From a virus, in IMG/VR virus record IMGVR_UViG_3300030104_005504, positions 7,145-71,144 of that record: 64,000 nt of DNA. The stretch is one strand, 5' to 3'. Positions within the stretch are counted from its first letter, which is position 1. Each line of letters opens with the position of its first letter. The notes beneath the pieces are model-generated. The model made no database searches, had not been told where the DNA came from, and saw nothing but the letters and a program-made list of their open reading frames with translations. The position numbers and the translations under genes are program-made. Positions 9,301 to 19,316 of this stretch are shown here, one piece after another.

Positions 9301-12300
9301 GATAATTTTGAATCAAACGTATAACCTCTTTTCTTTAGATCAGCCTCTATAGCATCGTTAATGTGCTTAACATCTAGTGGTGATTTTTTATGTTTAACTT
9401 TTGAGGCAGCTTTTATTTGCTCTGTAGCTTTTTGTTTTGTTATTTGTCCTGTTAGTATTCTAGTTATTAGTTCGTTTTGAATTGGAACAATGTGCTCCAT
9501 CTGAGCTTTTGTTAAACCCTTTACATTAACCCCAAAGTATTCTGTAACCGTCATGTTCTCACTGATTAAAAGATAATCATTAAGATTCACACCAGACTCT
9601 GTATACCTCACGATATTAGCTAAACCATCTGGCAGGTAATCTAATTTACCACTTAGTATTCTTGGGACAATTAATTCGTAAAATACATCTGGCATTTTAG
9701 AAGTGAAACCAGCATCAGCAACCATGTCATCATGAATAAGATCTAACGCCCATTGAGAATACGCCGCTCTAACAACCTTCATTGCATTCTTTATGTTGCC
9801 ATTTGGTTTTATAGCTTCAGCTAAAAGAATAGTCATTACCTCATTTTGAGGAAAACTATGTTCCTCTCTTACTTGTATGTAATTTATTTTATTATTCTTA
9901 TAAGGTATAACACTTAGTGGTGAAGATATTTTAACAACATGGTTCTGAGTGTTAGCACCCTCTTGAGCAAACAGTGCAAACACTGATGCAGAACCTTTAT
10001 TATCTTGGATATAATTCCTAATGTCTGTAAACATATCTTCTAACAAGTCTAGTCTACTTTTGTTATCATTTAAAAACTCCTTTTGACCAATCCACTTTCT
10101 TCCTTTTTTAAACTTAATTTTACCACCTTCAATTTTTATCTTATCTTTGTCTAGTTTTTCTCCTTTAGCGTAAGCATATCTTGTTAAAAGTTTTTTAATA
10201 TTCTCATCTGTTAAACCAGTTATCTCATAAAAAACATCTTTAACGCCAAATAAACTATTGCCATATCCACTTGCCATAGATGCTTGAAAGTACGGTATGT
10301 ACTGAGGATGTTTCTTTAAGAAACCACCTAGATCTTTTCTTATTTGTTTAGCTAGTTTAGAACTCTTTATGAAATCAACCAACTTTCTTTTCTTTGTTAT
10401 GTCCTTGTTTTTACCACCAAGATACTCTTCTACAATACGTATAACATCTAGAGATTTAACTCCAAGGTCTGACATTAATTTTCTAGTATTAAAATTAGCG
10501 TTCTTTTTAAACTCTAAAGATAAGTCTAAGTTAACCTTTTCGCTAAACATTACTTCTGATTTACCTTCACCAACCTTTTCAATAGTAGCCCTATCAATAC
10601 CTTGTTCGATAGCGTTCTTTCTTATTTGTTGGTTAGCTTCTAGTTGAGCAACTTGAGTTATAAAAGCTCTTAATGCACCATCTAATGATGTGCCTTTTTT
10701 ATTTGTTCCATCTGGATTAATACCAAATGCAGCTAAAAAATCTTTATTAGTTACATTGGGTTTCTTAACTTGAATAGGTAATCCAGCAGCAGTAGCTCCT
10801 TCTTTTACTTTAGCTCTACTACCTTTAATATAAAACTTATTTAAAAGACTAGGTGCAACACCAGTTGCTTTGCCACTTCTGTCGGTTCCTTCGGGTAGCA
10901 TGTCTATTAATTTACCTTTCTTAGATAGTTCAACTATTTTATTTCTAGCAGACTCTCTTTGTTTACCGTCTAGATCTTGGTTCTTTCTTATTCTATTAGC
11001 GTCAACACCAAAGTCCTTAGAAACAATATCTAATACTTTATTTAATGGACCGTTTGTAATTAATTTCTTAACACCCTTATATGTTAATTTAGATAAAGGT
11101 ACATTAGCTTCTTTAACAGTGTTTTCTATTTCAGAAACTTTTTTACTATCTAAACCTAATTCTTTATTAACTATTTTACCTTCAGCTTGTTTAGCACTAA
11201 CACCACCACCCGCTACTATATCTGTGTCTGCAATATCTATATCACCTTCTGGTGTAGATATAGAAACCGTTTCAGGGCCTTGACCCTTTGCTTCATCTAA
11301 TATTTGATTATATCTTGTTGGTAGAATTTTATTAACATAAGCACCAAATGGAACACCTTCTGCTGGATTCCAAGTTCTACCTAGATCAGCTAGTTCCATA
11401 AAGAAACCTGATTGAAATTCCTCAAGACTAACTCTTTTTGTGCCTGACATAACACCACCTTCATAAGCTTTTTTAGCCAACTTATTAGCGATAGCCATAT
11501 TGTTTTCAATTAGTTTATTTCTAAACCTATCTGACACAGCTTTATAAAACTTCTTGTCGTTTTCATAATACACTTCATCTAAACCTATTCCTTTGATCTT
11601 AGCGTTTTCTTTTATTTCATTATGAATCTTTTCGTTTATAGCAGCTATTTCTAAATTACTTTTAGATATATTTTCAGAGAGTTTAGTTTTAAACTCACTT
11701 TCGTTTCCATTAAACATTTCATCTATGAACTGAGCGTATTGAGATAACGTACTCTTTTTCATAGACTTTATATCTTTTATTGTAACTGTACCCGCCTTAA
11801 TCTTCTTAGCTAGGTTTGTTATAAAAGCCACGGCATCTGTTTCACCCTCAAAGTTGAAATCAAAATCTGAATTAGTTTCTTTAGCAACACCTTTGCTAAA
11901 TAAATAACCCATTAAACCTCCTAGTCCACTATTCTTTTTAGCTTCAAAATCTATTTTACCTTCAACAACCATTTCCATATATACGTTTAAAACTTCTTCA
12001 GGACTCTTACCATCTGTTTCAGCTAGTAGTAGCGCATATAGATTAGGATTTTTAGATTTAACATGTTGAAGTATTTGATTTGATATCTGAACAAAAGCCT
12101 CTGGATTTTTACCAAAAACCTCAGCAAATATAGTGTGACCAAGCTCATGTGTTCTTGTTTCAAGACGATCGTCTTTAGCCATGTTTTCCACAACCTGAAA
12201 TGGTATTCTTTCTCCATCTCTAGTAGGAACATTAGCACCATGACTACCATTTTCTATTTTACGTATAAGATTATCTTTTTCTTTTTGATCGATATTCATC

Positions 12301-15224
12301 TTATTTATTTCCTCAACAGCTTGTTCAACGGTTTGGTAGTTTCTTAATGACTTACCGAGTTTTGTTTTACCTCTTTTATTTTTGTAGTCGTTATTTATAT
12401 ATTGAGTGTTATATATTAATCTACCTTCCTCTTGCACTTGAGCATCACTAGGATTACTATTACCACCCTCTACTAGGTTGTTGTATGCTTCTTGAATTAT
12501 CTTTTCTCTTTTGTCAGTATCTTCTTTCGAATCACTAGCTAGAAAGCCATTGTATTTGTTACCAAATACCTTAGGATCTTTCATCATATCTATTTTAACT
12601 TGATTCTTATCAAATTTATTTTGAAGATTTTCTAATGCTTTCCTTTTTGTTTCAGCATCTAAAGATGAATCGTTGGTTATTTTCTTAGCTTGATTTCTTA
12701 TAACCTCTTGAGCTGAAACCGTCTTAAGAAATTCCTGAACAAATTTAGGAGACATGTTCTTCATTTGGTTTTCAACATTCTCCAGTATTTGATTGTTCTC
12801 TTTTTCTAATGCTTCAACTTGTTCATTTAAGATCTTAGCTGTCTCTGGTTTAATGTACCGCTTTGTACCATCTAGTTGTGTTTTGAGATCTGTTATTTTA
12901 TCTAGATTATCTCTATACTTTTGTTTGACTTCAGAGTTAGAAAATGTATTCATCATAACACCTTTAACAAAAGGTGTACCGCCGAATATAGTACCAAACA
13001 TACCACCGCTAAAAAGAGCATGATCTAGATTCTCTCCTATAGGTCTACCAGTTAAAACGTTTTGAGAAACCGTTGTTAAACCCTCTGATGACATTTCTAA
13101 TAGAGGATCTATTAATAATTGACGCTTACCATTTTGTATAAAATGCTGTTTAATACCATCTAAACCAGCTTGCATATTTTTACTACTAGTTCCGTACATA
13201 GCTGCCCAAGATCTTTTCATTACTGGTAGAGTCAAATATGTATCAAATATAAACTCCGCTGTACCATATCCAGCGCTTGTTAATGTTTTCTTTAATAGTG
13301 ATGATTCATTACCTGGATTTTCAGCATCTTTCCTTAACATTTCCGTCCAATTATCTCCAGCACTAGATAAACCTAAAGATGGTATACCAATACCTGGTAT
13401 AGCTATAGTAGCAAATATAGGTATTTGATTACCTATTTCTTGAGCAAGAAATCTACCGAAGTTACCCTTTTTAAAAGCGTTTTCAAACTTAACATCTGGT
13501 TGAAACTCGTTACGAGCAATTTGAGTTGCCCTGTCATAGCTAAGCATGGTTTTATCTAAGGTTTTATTATCAATACCCATTAAACCTCCAATAAGTTTAT
13601 TACCACCATAACCACCTTTAACTACTATTCTAGAAAACCCAGAAGTTATATTAAAAGCGAACTTTTCTAAGTCATTATAGTTTTTTTGTATAAGATTATT
13701 TTTATAATCACTATCTTGTAGATTTTCTATTTTATAAGAATTATCCTTAATCCACTCATCAAAGTTTTCAATAGAAGCTTTTGTTACGATATTTGAAACC
13801 TCATACTGCTCCCATTTATTTTTAGGAACCTTTCTTCCATCGTCTAATGTAACGTACTCTTCTCCCTCTCCTATAGCAAATCTAGCTGTTGGATCGTTAA
13901 AAAACTCAACCATGTCATTAACAACTTTTGTATGAGGATTTGTTTTTATAGCATCTATTTTTGATTTAAAGTTTAACTCGTAAGCCGCTAGTTCTTTTAT
14001 ATCTTTTTCATTTTTTAATAAAGAACCTATTTTAACTCTATTAATAATCCCCTCTCCTCCAAAAGTAAAAGTTTGACCCCCTCTAGTTACAGTTCTTCTT
14101 CTCGTACCCTCCACTTCATCGGAGTTCATTATATCTATAATATTTTTTTCTTGAGCTTCTTGTGTGTCTTTGATTATTAAGTTTTCTCTAGTAACAGCCT
14201 CTATTTGTTCTCTAGTTGGTTCTTTATAACCCTCCCTAATTAATTGTTGTTTTGCTTCCTCTAACTCTTCTTTATAAGGTTCAATAATAGTCTCGTATGG
14301 CGTCACTGTAAATTTGCCGGTATGATATTTTGTTTCTGTTCTAGGTTTAAATAAATCTTCGTTTATTTGAAAACCTTGCTCATCGATAGAAGCATATTTA
14401 TTTTTTATATCTCGCTTTTGTTGTTTGGTTAAATCCATGTTTAACGCCTCAACTTCACTAACAAGCTTACCCTGTTTTATTCTAGAGTTTAATTTATCTT
14501 CATCTGAAAGGGTGTTCTCTAGAAAGTTAATTAAATTATTACTAGAATTATTTCTTCTACGATCTACTTCTTCTTCTTTAAAAGCCAGCTTGTTTAATCC
14601 AAAATCTAAAATAGTATTTTCTCCAGATTCTTTATGTGTTATTTTTACTTGATTAGAGTTGTATCTATCCCCAGTTTCTTCATAAGAATAAATATCACCA
14701 AACATACTTTCTAATTGAACTATAGCTCCATCTTTGTCATTCTTAAAAAATTCATTAGTTCTACTGTTAGTTGTTTTTATATCTTCACCAATTATAAAAC
14801 TATATAAACCTTTATTTTTTTCTGATAAATCATATTGAAATTCATTTTCTTTTTTTCTATTTTCAAGAGTTTGTTTTTCTTTTCTATCTTTCTCAATTTG
14901 ATCGCTAGTTAAAACAGTGTAGTTACCAAAAATATCTTTTTGACTCTCAACGATATTACCTTGGGTGTCTCGTCTTTGTTGGTTTACCTGCTTCATAACA
15001 TCTTCGTTATACCATGATGGTAATTCCGAAGAAGTATTTCCCAAGTTGGATTCCGTATTTTCTTGTTGATTGTTTTGGGGCTGACTCGCCCCTTGCGACT
15101 TTCCCAACTCATCAGATTCTAGAGTTGCTGTCAGACCTTGTTTTTCTAATTGTTTTAAGAATTCCTGTTCTTTCTCTGGTGGAACCGATATAGGTCTACC
15201 ATCAGATAATATATAGTTTATCAT
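6396..15224 (-). CDS. giant virion cargo/ejection polyprotein (2942 aa): hydrophobic region, zincin HExxH, sigma70 region-2-like, HAD phosphatase, C-terminal CCCH zinc fingers
   Basis: THELGH at 12135-12149; LIENNMAIANKLAKKAY...WNPAEGVPFGAYV at ~11335-11530; FDFDETL/VLTAR/FVDDA at ~8780-9290; two C-x9-C...C-x2-H units at the C-terminus; next to ejection-type genes. Confidence 0.75.
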   Translation of the reverse strand: MINYILSDGRPISVPPEKEQEFLKQLEKQGLTATLESDELGKSQGASQPQNNQQENTESNLGNTSSELPSWYNEDVMKQVNQQRRDTQGNIVESQKDIFGNYTVLTSDQIEKDRKEKQTLENRKKENEFQYDLSEKNKGLYSFIIGEDIKTTNSRTNEFFKNDKDGAIVQLESMFGDIYSYEETGDRYNSNQVKITHKESGENTILDFGLNKLAFKEEEVDRRRNNSSNNLINFLENTLSDEDKLNSRIKQGKLVSEVEALNMDLTKQQKRDIKNKYASIDEQGFQINEDLFKPRTETKYHTGKFTVTPYETIIEPYKEELEEAKQQLIREGYKEPTREQIEAVTRENLIIKDTQEAQEKNIIDIMNSDEVEGTRRRTVTRGGQTFTFGGEGIINRVKIGSLLKNEKDIKELAAYELNFKSKIDAIKTNPHTKVVNDMVEFFNDPTARFAIGEGEEYVTLDDGRKVPKNKWEQYEVSNIVTKASIENFDEWIKDNSYKIENLQDSDYKNNLIQKNYNDLEKFAFNITSGFSRIVVKGGYGGNKLIGGLMGIDNKTLDKTMLSYDRATQIARNEFQPDVKFENAFKKGNFGRFLAQEIGNQIPIFATIAIPGIGIPSLGLSSAGDNWTEMLRKDAENPGNESSLLKKTLTSAGYGTAEFIFDTYLTLPVMKRSWAAMYGTSSKNMQAGLDGIKQHFIQNGKRQLLIDPLLEMSSEGLTTVSQNVLTGRPIGENLDHALFSGGMFGTIFGGTPFVKGVMMNTFSNSEVKQKYRDNLDKITDLKTQLDGTKRYIKPETAKILNEQVEALEKENNQILENVENQMKNMSPKFVQEFLKTVSAQEVIRNQAKKITNDSSLDAETKRKALENLQNKFDKNQVKIDMMKDPKVFGNKYNGFLASDSKEDTDKREKIIQEAYNNLVEGGNSNPSDAQVQEEGRLIYNTQYINNDYKNKRGKTKLGKSLRNYQTVEQAVEEINKMNIDQKEKDNLIRKIENGSHGANVPTRDGERIPFQVVENMAKDDRLETRTHELGHTIFAEVFGKNPEAFVQISNQILQHVKSKNPNLYALLLAETDGKSPEEVLNVYMEMVVEGKIDFEAKKNSGLGGLMGYLFSKGVAKETNSDFDFNFEGETDAVAFITNLAKKIKAGTVTIKDIKSMKKSTLSQYAQFIDEMFNGNESEFKTKLSENISKSNLEIAAINEKIHNEIKENAKIKGIGLDEVYYENDKKFYKAVSDRFRNKLIENNMAIANKLAKKAYEGGVMSGTKRVSLEEFQSGFFMELADLGRTWNPAEGVPFGAYVNKILPTRYNQILDEAKGQGPETVSISTPEGDIDIADTDIVAGGGVSAKQAEGKIVNKELGLDSKKVSEIENTVKEANVPLSKLTYKGVKKLITNGPLNKVLDIVSKDFGVDANRIRKNQDLDGKQRESARNKIVELSKKGKLIDMLPEGTDRSGKATGVAPSLLNKFYIKGSRAKVKEGATAAGLPIQVKKPNVTNKDFLAAFGINPDGTNKKGTSLDGALRAFITQVAQLEANQQIRKNAIEQGIDRATIEKVGEGKSEVMFSEKVNLDLSLEFKKNANFNTRKLMSDLGVKSLDVIRIVEEYLGGKNKDITKKRKLVDFIKSSKLAKQIRKDLGGFLKKHPQYIPYFQASMASGYGNSLFGVKDVFYEITGLTDENIKKLLTRYAYAKGEKLDKDKIKIEGGKIKFKKGRKWIGQKEFLNDNKSRLDLLEDMFTDIRNYIQDNKGSASVFALFAQEGANTQNHVVKISSPLSVIPYKNNKINYIQVREEHSFPQNEVMTILLAEAIKPNGNIKNAMKVVRAAYSQWALDLIHDDMVADAGFTSKMPDVFYELIVPRILSGKLDYLPDGLANIVRYTESGVNLNDYLLISENMTVTEYFGVNVKGLTKAQMEHIVPIQNELITRILTGQITKQKATEQIKAASKVKHKKSPLDVKHINDAIEADLKKRGYTFDSKLSEKSKGMSTFDFDETLIIDGENFVIATNPITGQDTEISSADWPIKGPELMAEGYKMNFDDFVNVRGGVDGPLLQKMKNQIKKYGPNNVFVLTARPQTADIAIHEWLKSKGVNIPFKNITGLADSRGESKANWMLEKFAEGYNDMYFVDDALPNVKAVKDVLEQLDIKSKVVQARIKFSEKGALDFNKILEQTKGINAGKMFSAQEARKIGVGKGKNIFKNFFVPPSAEDFKGLLYAFIGRGEQGNNHALFFKEHLLDPFAEASREWNTYKQNMSNDYKALKKEFKNIKKILNKKVKGTPFTNDNAIRVYLWDKSGFEVPGISDSQKQTLVDHINNNAELKAFADALGIISRVPEGYIKPSDYWAVESIASDLSNTVREIGRKQFFAKWIDNKNTIFSPQNLNKIEAIYGTGFRDELEKMLYRMETGQNRVTGKDSQVNWLLDWINGSVGAVMFFNMRSATLQTISMANFINMSDNNPVAAAAALANAPQFIKDFVYIFNSDMLKQRRAGLQIDVSASELTKAFNDGRNKPQAIIAWLLEKGFTPTQVADSFAIAAGGAPFYRNRLKTYLKQGMSEAKAKEQAWLDFQEVAEETQQSSRPDLISNQQAGPLGRLILAWQNTPMQMTRLMKKKMSDLVNRRRIPGYTQFQSDMANISGIAYYGLIQNIYFGALQTGLMFMLFGWDEDEERKETLEQRVANGALDSLLRGTGIYGAAVSTLKNVLVKWKEEREKPGWKRENMNIAQEAVNLSPPLGTKMRKIMQAIRTEEWNKGVSKEIGLRIENPNLSIAANWVEALTNAPVARLINKANNVEEALTGNHELWQKVALLSGWSKWSLGVEDEELEKAKAKVKEKKEESKKIKREVDKEIRKVIKEDKKKREEKAEEERKKKEGIKTVRCSGSNSSGGRCGLTTETNKKSWKCFHHASFKEGQDRDGDGKKEYRCTGTTSSGTRCRNKGEYGKSKKCYAHR

Positions 15225-15258
15225 ACTGTTTCGTTAGTTACCCGTTATTATTATTTTG

Positions 15259-16410
15259 TTATATATCTCCTCCTTCCCAAACTCTCCATCTTGGACTTGC
15301 GCTTTGAACTTTTCCAGTCTCTAAATTTACTCTGCTTTTTAATAATTGCTCTTGCTCCTCCATTGATAAGTCTCCACTTCGTAATCTTTGTGTTACGTCA
15401 GTTGGTAATTCGGAGTATTTCATATTTTCATTATTGAAATTTTGTTCAATAAAATTAGTGTAGTATTTTGTTAAATAATGCTTAGTCATATCCTCATTTT
15501 TTAACAATTCATCAGTTATTATTTTAGCTTCTTCTCTTGATATTCCATCGCTAAGTTTAACATTATCCAAAGACTCATCTATATTATTAAGCATGTCTTC
15601 TGTCACTCCTAAGGCTTGATATTCTGTTCCCACTAAGCTTTCCTGTAAGTCGTTGTAAAAAGTTCTACCAGGTATCATTTCACGATTAACTAATGATTCT
15701 ATTTTACCTGGATCTATCACGTTTCTTCTAACGTTCATTTCTGTTTCAGCATAATTAAACTTAGCTAAAGGATTTTTTGCATCTTCAAAAGCTTTATTTA
15801 TTTGCTCCATTAAAACACTAGAAGATCCAGTGTCAAACTTATATTTATCTAATAGCTTTTCAATTTGAGGGGCCGTCATAAATGTTTCACCTTGATCAGG
15901 TAGCCAAACCATGTATCCTAAGTCTCCATTTTCATTAGCTGTTGGTGTTGCCTTCATTGATTCAATTAAAGACATCCCAGTGTCACTTGATAAAAAATCT
16001 TTATCAATCTCCCCTTCGATATTCTTGTTATCGCCAAGTATGTTTTTTGATAAATTATTTTTAGTGGTTTTTAGCGCATCTAATTGAGTCTTTTGTTGCT
16101 CCATTTCTCTACGTAACATAGCTTGATCTTTTTGTCCACTCCAAGCATATTGTTCTTTTTTTCTATTAAGTTCTTCTGTTAAAGCTTGAAACTCGTCATC
16201 ATTTAAATCAGTAGCCCTCATTAACTCTTCATTAGCAAAGTCTTCAAAATAAGCTCTTCTTTCATTTAGTTTACTAGCTACTTGCTTACCTATTGTATCT
16301 GATATACTAGACAAACCTTTAGCTGCTGCTAAACCATAGTCTTCTATATTACCACCTGCTGCTGCAAATGCCCCTCTTACTAATGTTGTGTCTGCTGTAC
16401 TTCTTGCCAT
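15259..16410 (-). CDS. putative internal virion/ejection protein
   Basis: 383 aa, helical, Ala/Gly-rich N-terminus; lies between the pilot-like gene and the giant protein. Confidence 0.55.
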   Translation of the reverse strand: MARSTADTTLVRGAFAAAGGNIEDYGLAAAKGLSSISDTIGKQVASKLNERRAYFEDFANEELMRATDLNDDEFQALTEELNRKKEQYAWSGQKDQAMLRREMEQQKTQLDALKTTKNNLSKNILGDNKNIEGEIDKDFLSSDTGMSLIESMKATPTANENGDLGYMVWLPDQGETFMTAPQIEKLLDKYKFDTGSSSVLMEQINKAFEDAKNPLAKFNYAETEMNVRRNVIDPGKIESLVNREMIPGRTFYNDLQESLVGTEYQALGVTEDMLNNIDESLDNVKLSDGISREEAKIITDELLKNEDMTKHYLTKYYTNFIEQNFNNENMKYSELPTDVTQRLRSGDLSMEEQEQLLKSRVNLETGKVQSASPRWRVWEGGDI

Positions 16411-16420
16411 GTTATATTAT

Positions 16421-17203
16421 TTATGTTATACCGAAATTTCCTTGAGGTCCAGCAAACGAAGCTATGTTGCCCATTGTATTAGATATAGAATCCCACTTAG
16501 CTTGTTGAGCTTGCTGTGCTTGCTGCATGTATGCTGCTGTTTCTTGTTGAGACATACCCAATAAGGTTGCTTGCTTACCCATTTCCATTTGTTGTGATTG
16601 TTGTTCTCCTTGAGCTATTAATTGATCTACATTAGCTTGACCTTGAGCACTTCTAAGTGCTAAGTTTTCAGCACCTCTTGCCTGCATCTCTTGTAATCTA
16701 CCAGCCGTCGCTGCAGCAGCTCTTTGATTTTGAGCTTCTTGTTGACCTATACTAGCAGAAGATCTTTGTGCGGCTATTTGACCTGACTGAGCTAATTGTT
16801 GAGCTAAAGCAGCTATACCACTACCACCAGCTGACTCTCTTAAGTTACTCATTATATTAGCCTGACTTTGTTGGAATTGATCTCTTTCAAATTCAGCTTG
16901 TTGTTGATTAACCGTTAAATCTTCCATCGTGTTTTCTAAACCAGCATATGGATTCTGTATGTTTGCAAATTGATTCTGCATACCAGCAAATGGATTACTA
17001 GTATCTAGATTTTCATAGACACCCCTAAGTCTATTCATTTCCTCTCTAGCAGCTTCTTCTCTAGCCTCTGCATCTCTTTGAGCACTTCTAGCGCTAAAAA
17101 ACGAACCTATACCAGTTAGAGCTGATATACCGGCTCCAATAGCTAGTAATGGTACTGCTTTTAAAGGGCTTGAATTATTTGCGGATTCTATTTTTTTAGA
17201 CAT
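16421..17203 (-). CDS. putative DNA ejection/pilot protein
   Basis: SPLK followed by hydrophobic AVPLLAIGAGISALTGIGSFF and a Gln/Ala-rich coiled coil. Confidence 0.6.
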   Translation of the reverse strand: MSKKIESANNSSPLKAVPLLAIGAGISALTGIGSFFSARSAQRDAEAREEAAREEMNRLRGVYENLDTSNPFAGMQNQFANIQNPYAGLENTMEDLTVNQQQAEFERDQFQQSQANIMSNLRESAGGSGIAALAQQLAQSGQIAAQRSSASIGQQEAQNQRAAAATAGRLQEMQARGAENLALRSAQGQANVDQLIAQGEQQSQQMEMGKQATLLGMSQQETAAYMQQAQQAQQAKWDSISNTMGNIASFAGPQGNFGIT

Positions 17204-17216
17204 AATTTATTATTAT

Positions 17217-17236
17217 TTACTATTATATAGTTACAT
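17217..17236 (-). promoter_or_regulatory. putative late promoter (ATGTAACTATATAATAGTAA)
   Basis: 19/20 identical to 30441-30460; both intergenic just upstream of minus-strand starts. Confidence 0.6.
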
Positions 17237-17246
17237 TTTTTACCAC

Positions 17247-17660
17247 TTATTTACTAGATTCTACAAAACCACATGACGTTGCAAAAAGTTCAGCTGGTTC
17301 AGTAGAGTTATTTTTAAAAGTAACCATATTGTAATAACCTTTTATAGAGGTCGTATTACAACACGAATCTTTTAAGAAAAATATATAATCATTAGCCGAA
17401 GGGGGCGTTATCGCTATTAGTGATTCTACTGATATAGTGAATGTTGAAATTGTTGTTTCCGCTTGCGTCTGTATTTGAGGTGGATCATCATCTTTCACTA
17501 TAGAAACTATTTGCCCTACCGGATTATAGGAGGAAACGCCAACGTTGTCAGCGGTCACAAATCCACCTGTATTAGAGCTACCAGTAACATAATAAACAAA
17601 ATCACCTATTGCAATAGACGGATTAACTGGCATGTTTTGAAAAGTAATTGTAGTTATCAT
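17247..17660 (-). CDS. virion structural protein (tail-associated)
   Basis: N.SIAIGDFVYY...IFF.KD...SIKGYY..VTF.N.S...AELFA pattern; tail module. Confidence 0.55.
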   Translation of the reverse strand: MITTITFQNMPVNPSIAIGDFVYYVTGSSNTGGFVTADNVGVSSYNPVGQIVSIVKDDDPPQIQTQAETTISTFTISVESLIAITPPSANDYIFFLKDSCCNTTSIKGYYNMVTFKNNSTEPAELFATSCGFVESSK

Positions 17661-17669
17661 ATTTATATT

Positions 17670-19301
17670 TTAAGATGAAAGGCTAATTAATCTATCTGTA
17701 TCAAGCTCTATGGTTATATCTCTATTTCCAAATTGTTTTATATCAATATCATAGAAAAGTCTAGCTTGACTAGAACTTGCTCCAAGTGCTACAAAAATAT
17801 TTTGTATTTCAACAATTGTGCCGCCATTACTTGTAGAGTTGCTATTAGACCAACTAGATTTTCCATATTTATTGAATATTGGTTTTTTAAAAGATGTAAT
17901 AGTTTTACCTCCAGAAGATTCTTGTACTGTTAAAGCTACTTTAAAACTAGTTTTAAAACCCCTTTTTCCTTTATATAAACCATACGAACGCCCAGCGGGT
18001 CCTTCTAGCACTACATCATATTCCGCTCCAGCAGAAAGTCCAGTCGCTACATTATTTTGATGAGTAAAAGTCCACGCAACTCCAGCTGTAGAGTGTCTAA
18101 GTGTAACTCTTGTTGGTGCTAATTGAGAAAGTATATATGTTGGTGATTTGGTTGGTACACCCGAAGAAAGCGTTGATGTAGTTTTAAGCGCCTCGCTTGT
18201 CAACCTAGAAGTCTCTGATCTTGATGTTATTCTCTTCAACTTTTCTGTCCATTCAGGTATAATATCTATTGAATAAAATCTACTTCTACTAAAAGATACT
18301 GGATCACCATTAGATATACTAGTCAAAGCAGAACTAACTGTTAGTTCGTTTTCATTATCACCGTCTGGGTTAACGTGTGTAACCGTATATTTCGTTGGAT
18401 TCTGTGCTATAGATTTATATGTTAATCTATCGTTAACCCTAATGTTATTAGTGTTTTTAAAAGCCTTCTTAGTGGTAGTAGCTCCTCCGTCAGCTGTTGC
18501 TATCATAGTGGTTTTCTGAACAAATATACTAGGGAATTTTTGTAAAAACCTAAATTTACCATTTTTCCCTATAATTCCATTAATTATATCAATCTCTTTA
18601 CCGTAATCATAAGTAGCTTTGTCGTTTTTAGTTTTATAATCTAATATAGAGGTGTCGTTGATTTTATTAAAAAATGGAACATTAGCTTCATCGTACTCCA
18701 CAAAACGCTCGTTAACAGCTAAACCAAATTCTGCACCAGGAGTTCCTGTAATAATTATTTCTCTTGTCTCACCTTGTGGATTTATTGCTTCATTTCCAAA
18801 ATAAATATTATCTATTTGTTTTGTTTTATAAACTATATCTTCAAGATTATATATTAAATCTACATTTATACTATTCGCCAAAGAGGACGTGCCATTATAT
18901 ATTAAATCAAAAATATAAGATTTAACTTTATACTCTTTAGAAACAAGTGATCTTTCTAAAGATATTAATTTTAGTTTTAAAAATTTAGATCTTGTTTGTA
19001 TGTAAGGTTTATTTTTAAAATATTTTTCTAATTGATTATTTCCAGTATCTGCTTCCGGAGCTATAATTCTTATTCTAGCTATACTAGATGGAGTATTGCT
19101 TTTTACTTTACCAGATAGTTTTATTTTATTAGCACTACCGTTAACCCCTCTTGATGTATCACGATGTGTTAAATTTAGGTTTTGTAAAGTAATATTTGTT
19201 GGTGTAACAAACTCAGCTATACCATTGTTGTCTGTTATCACAATATTTATATCAACTGATTGTTTCCCCCTTGGCGATAAGTGTCTTATTATTTTTGCCA
19301 T
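17670..19301 (-). CDS. hypothetical structural protein (543 aa)
   Basis: Long beta-rich ORF in the tail module. Confidence 0.55.
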   Translation of the reverse strand: MAKIIRHLSPRGKQSVDINIVITDNNGIAEFVTPTNITLQNLNLTHRDTSRGVNGSANKIKLSGKVKSNTPSSIARIRIIAPEADTGNNQLEKYFKNKPYIQTRSKFLKLKLISLERSLVSKEYKVKSYIFDLIYNGTSSLANSINVDLIYNLEDIVYKTKQIDNIYFGNEAINPQGETREIIITGTPGAEFGLAVNERFVEYDEANVPFFNKINDTSILDYKTKNDKATYDYGKEIDIINGIIGKNGKFRFLQKFPSIFVQKTTMIATADGGATTTKKAFKNTNNIRVNDRLTYKSIAQNPTKYTVTHVNPDGDNENELTVSSALTSISNGDPVSFSRSRFYSIDIIPEWTEKLKRITSRSETSRLTSEALKTTSTLSSGVPTKSPTYILSQLAPTRVTLRHSTAGVAWTFTHQNNVATGLSAGAEYDVVLEGPAGRSYGLYKGKRGFKTSFKVALTVQESSGGKTITSFKKPIFNKYGKSSWSNSNSTSNGGTIVEIQNIFVALGASSSQARLFYDIDIKQFGNRDITIELDTDRLISLSS

Positions 19302-19316
19302 AACTATTTATTTATA

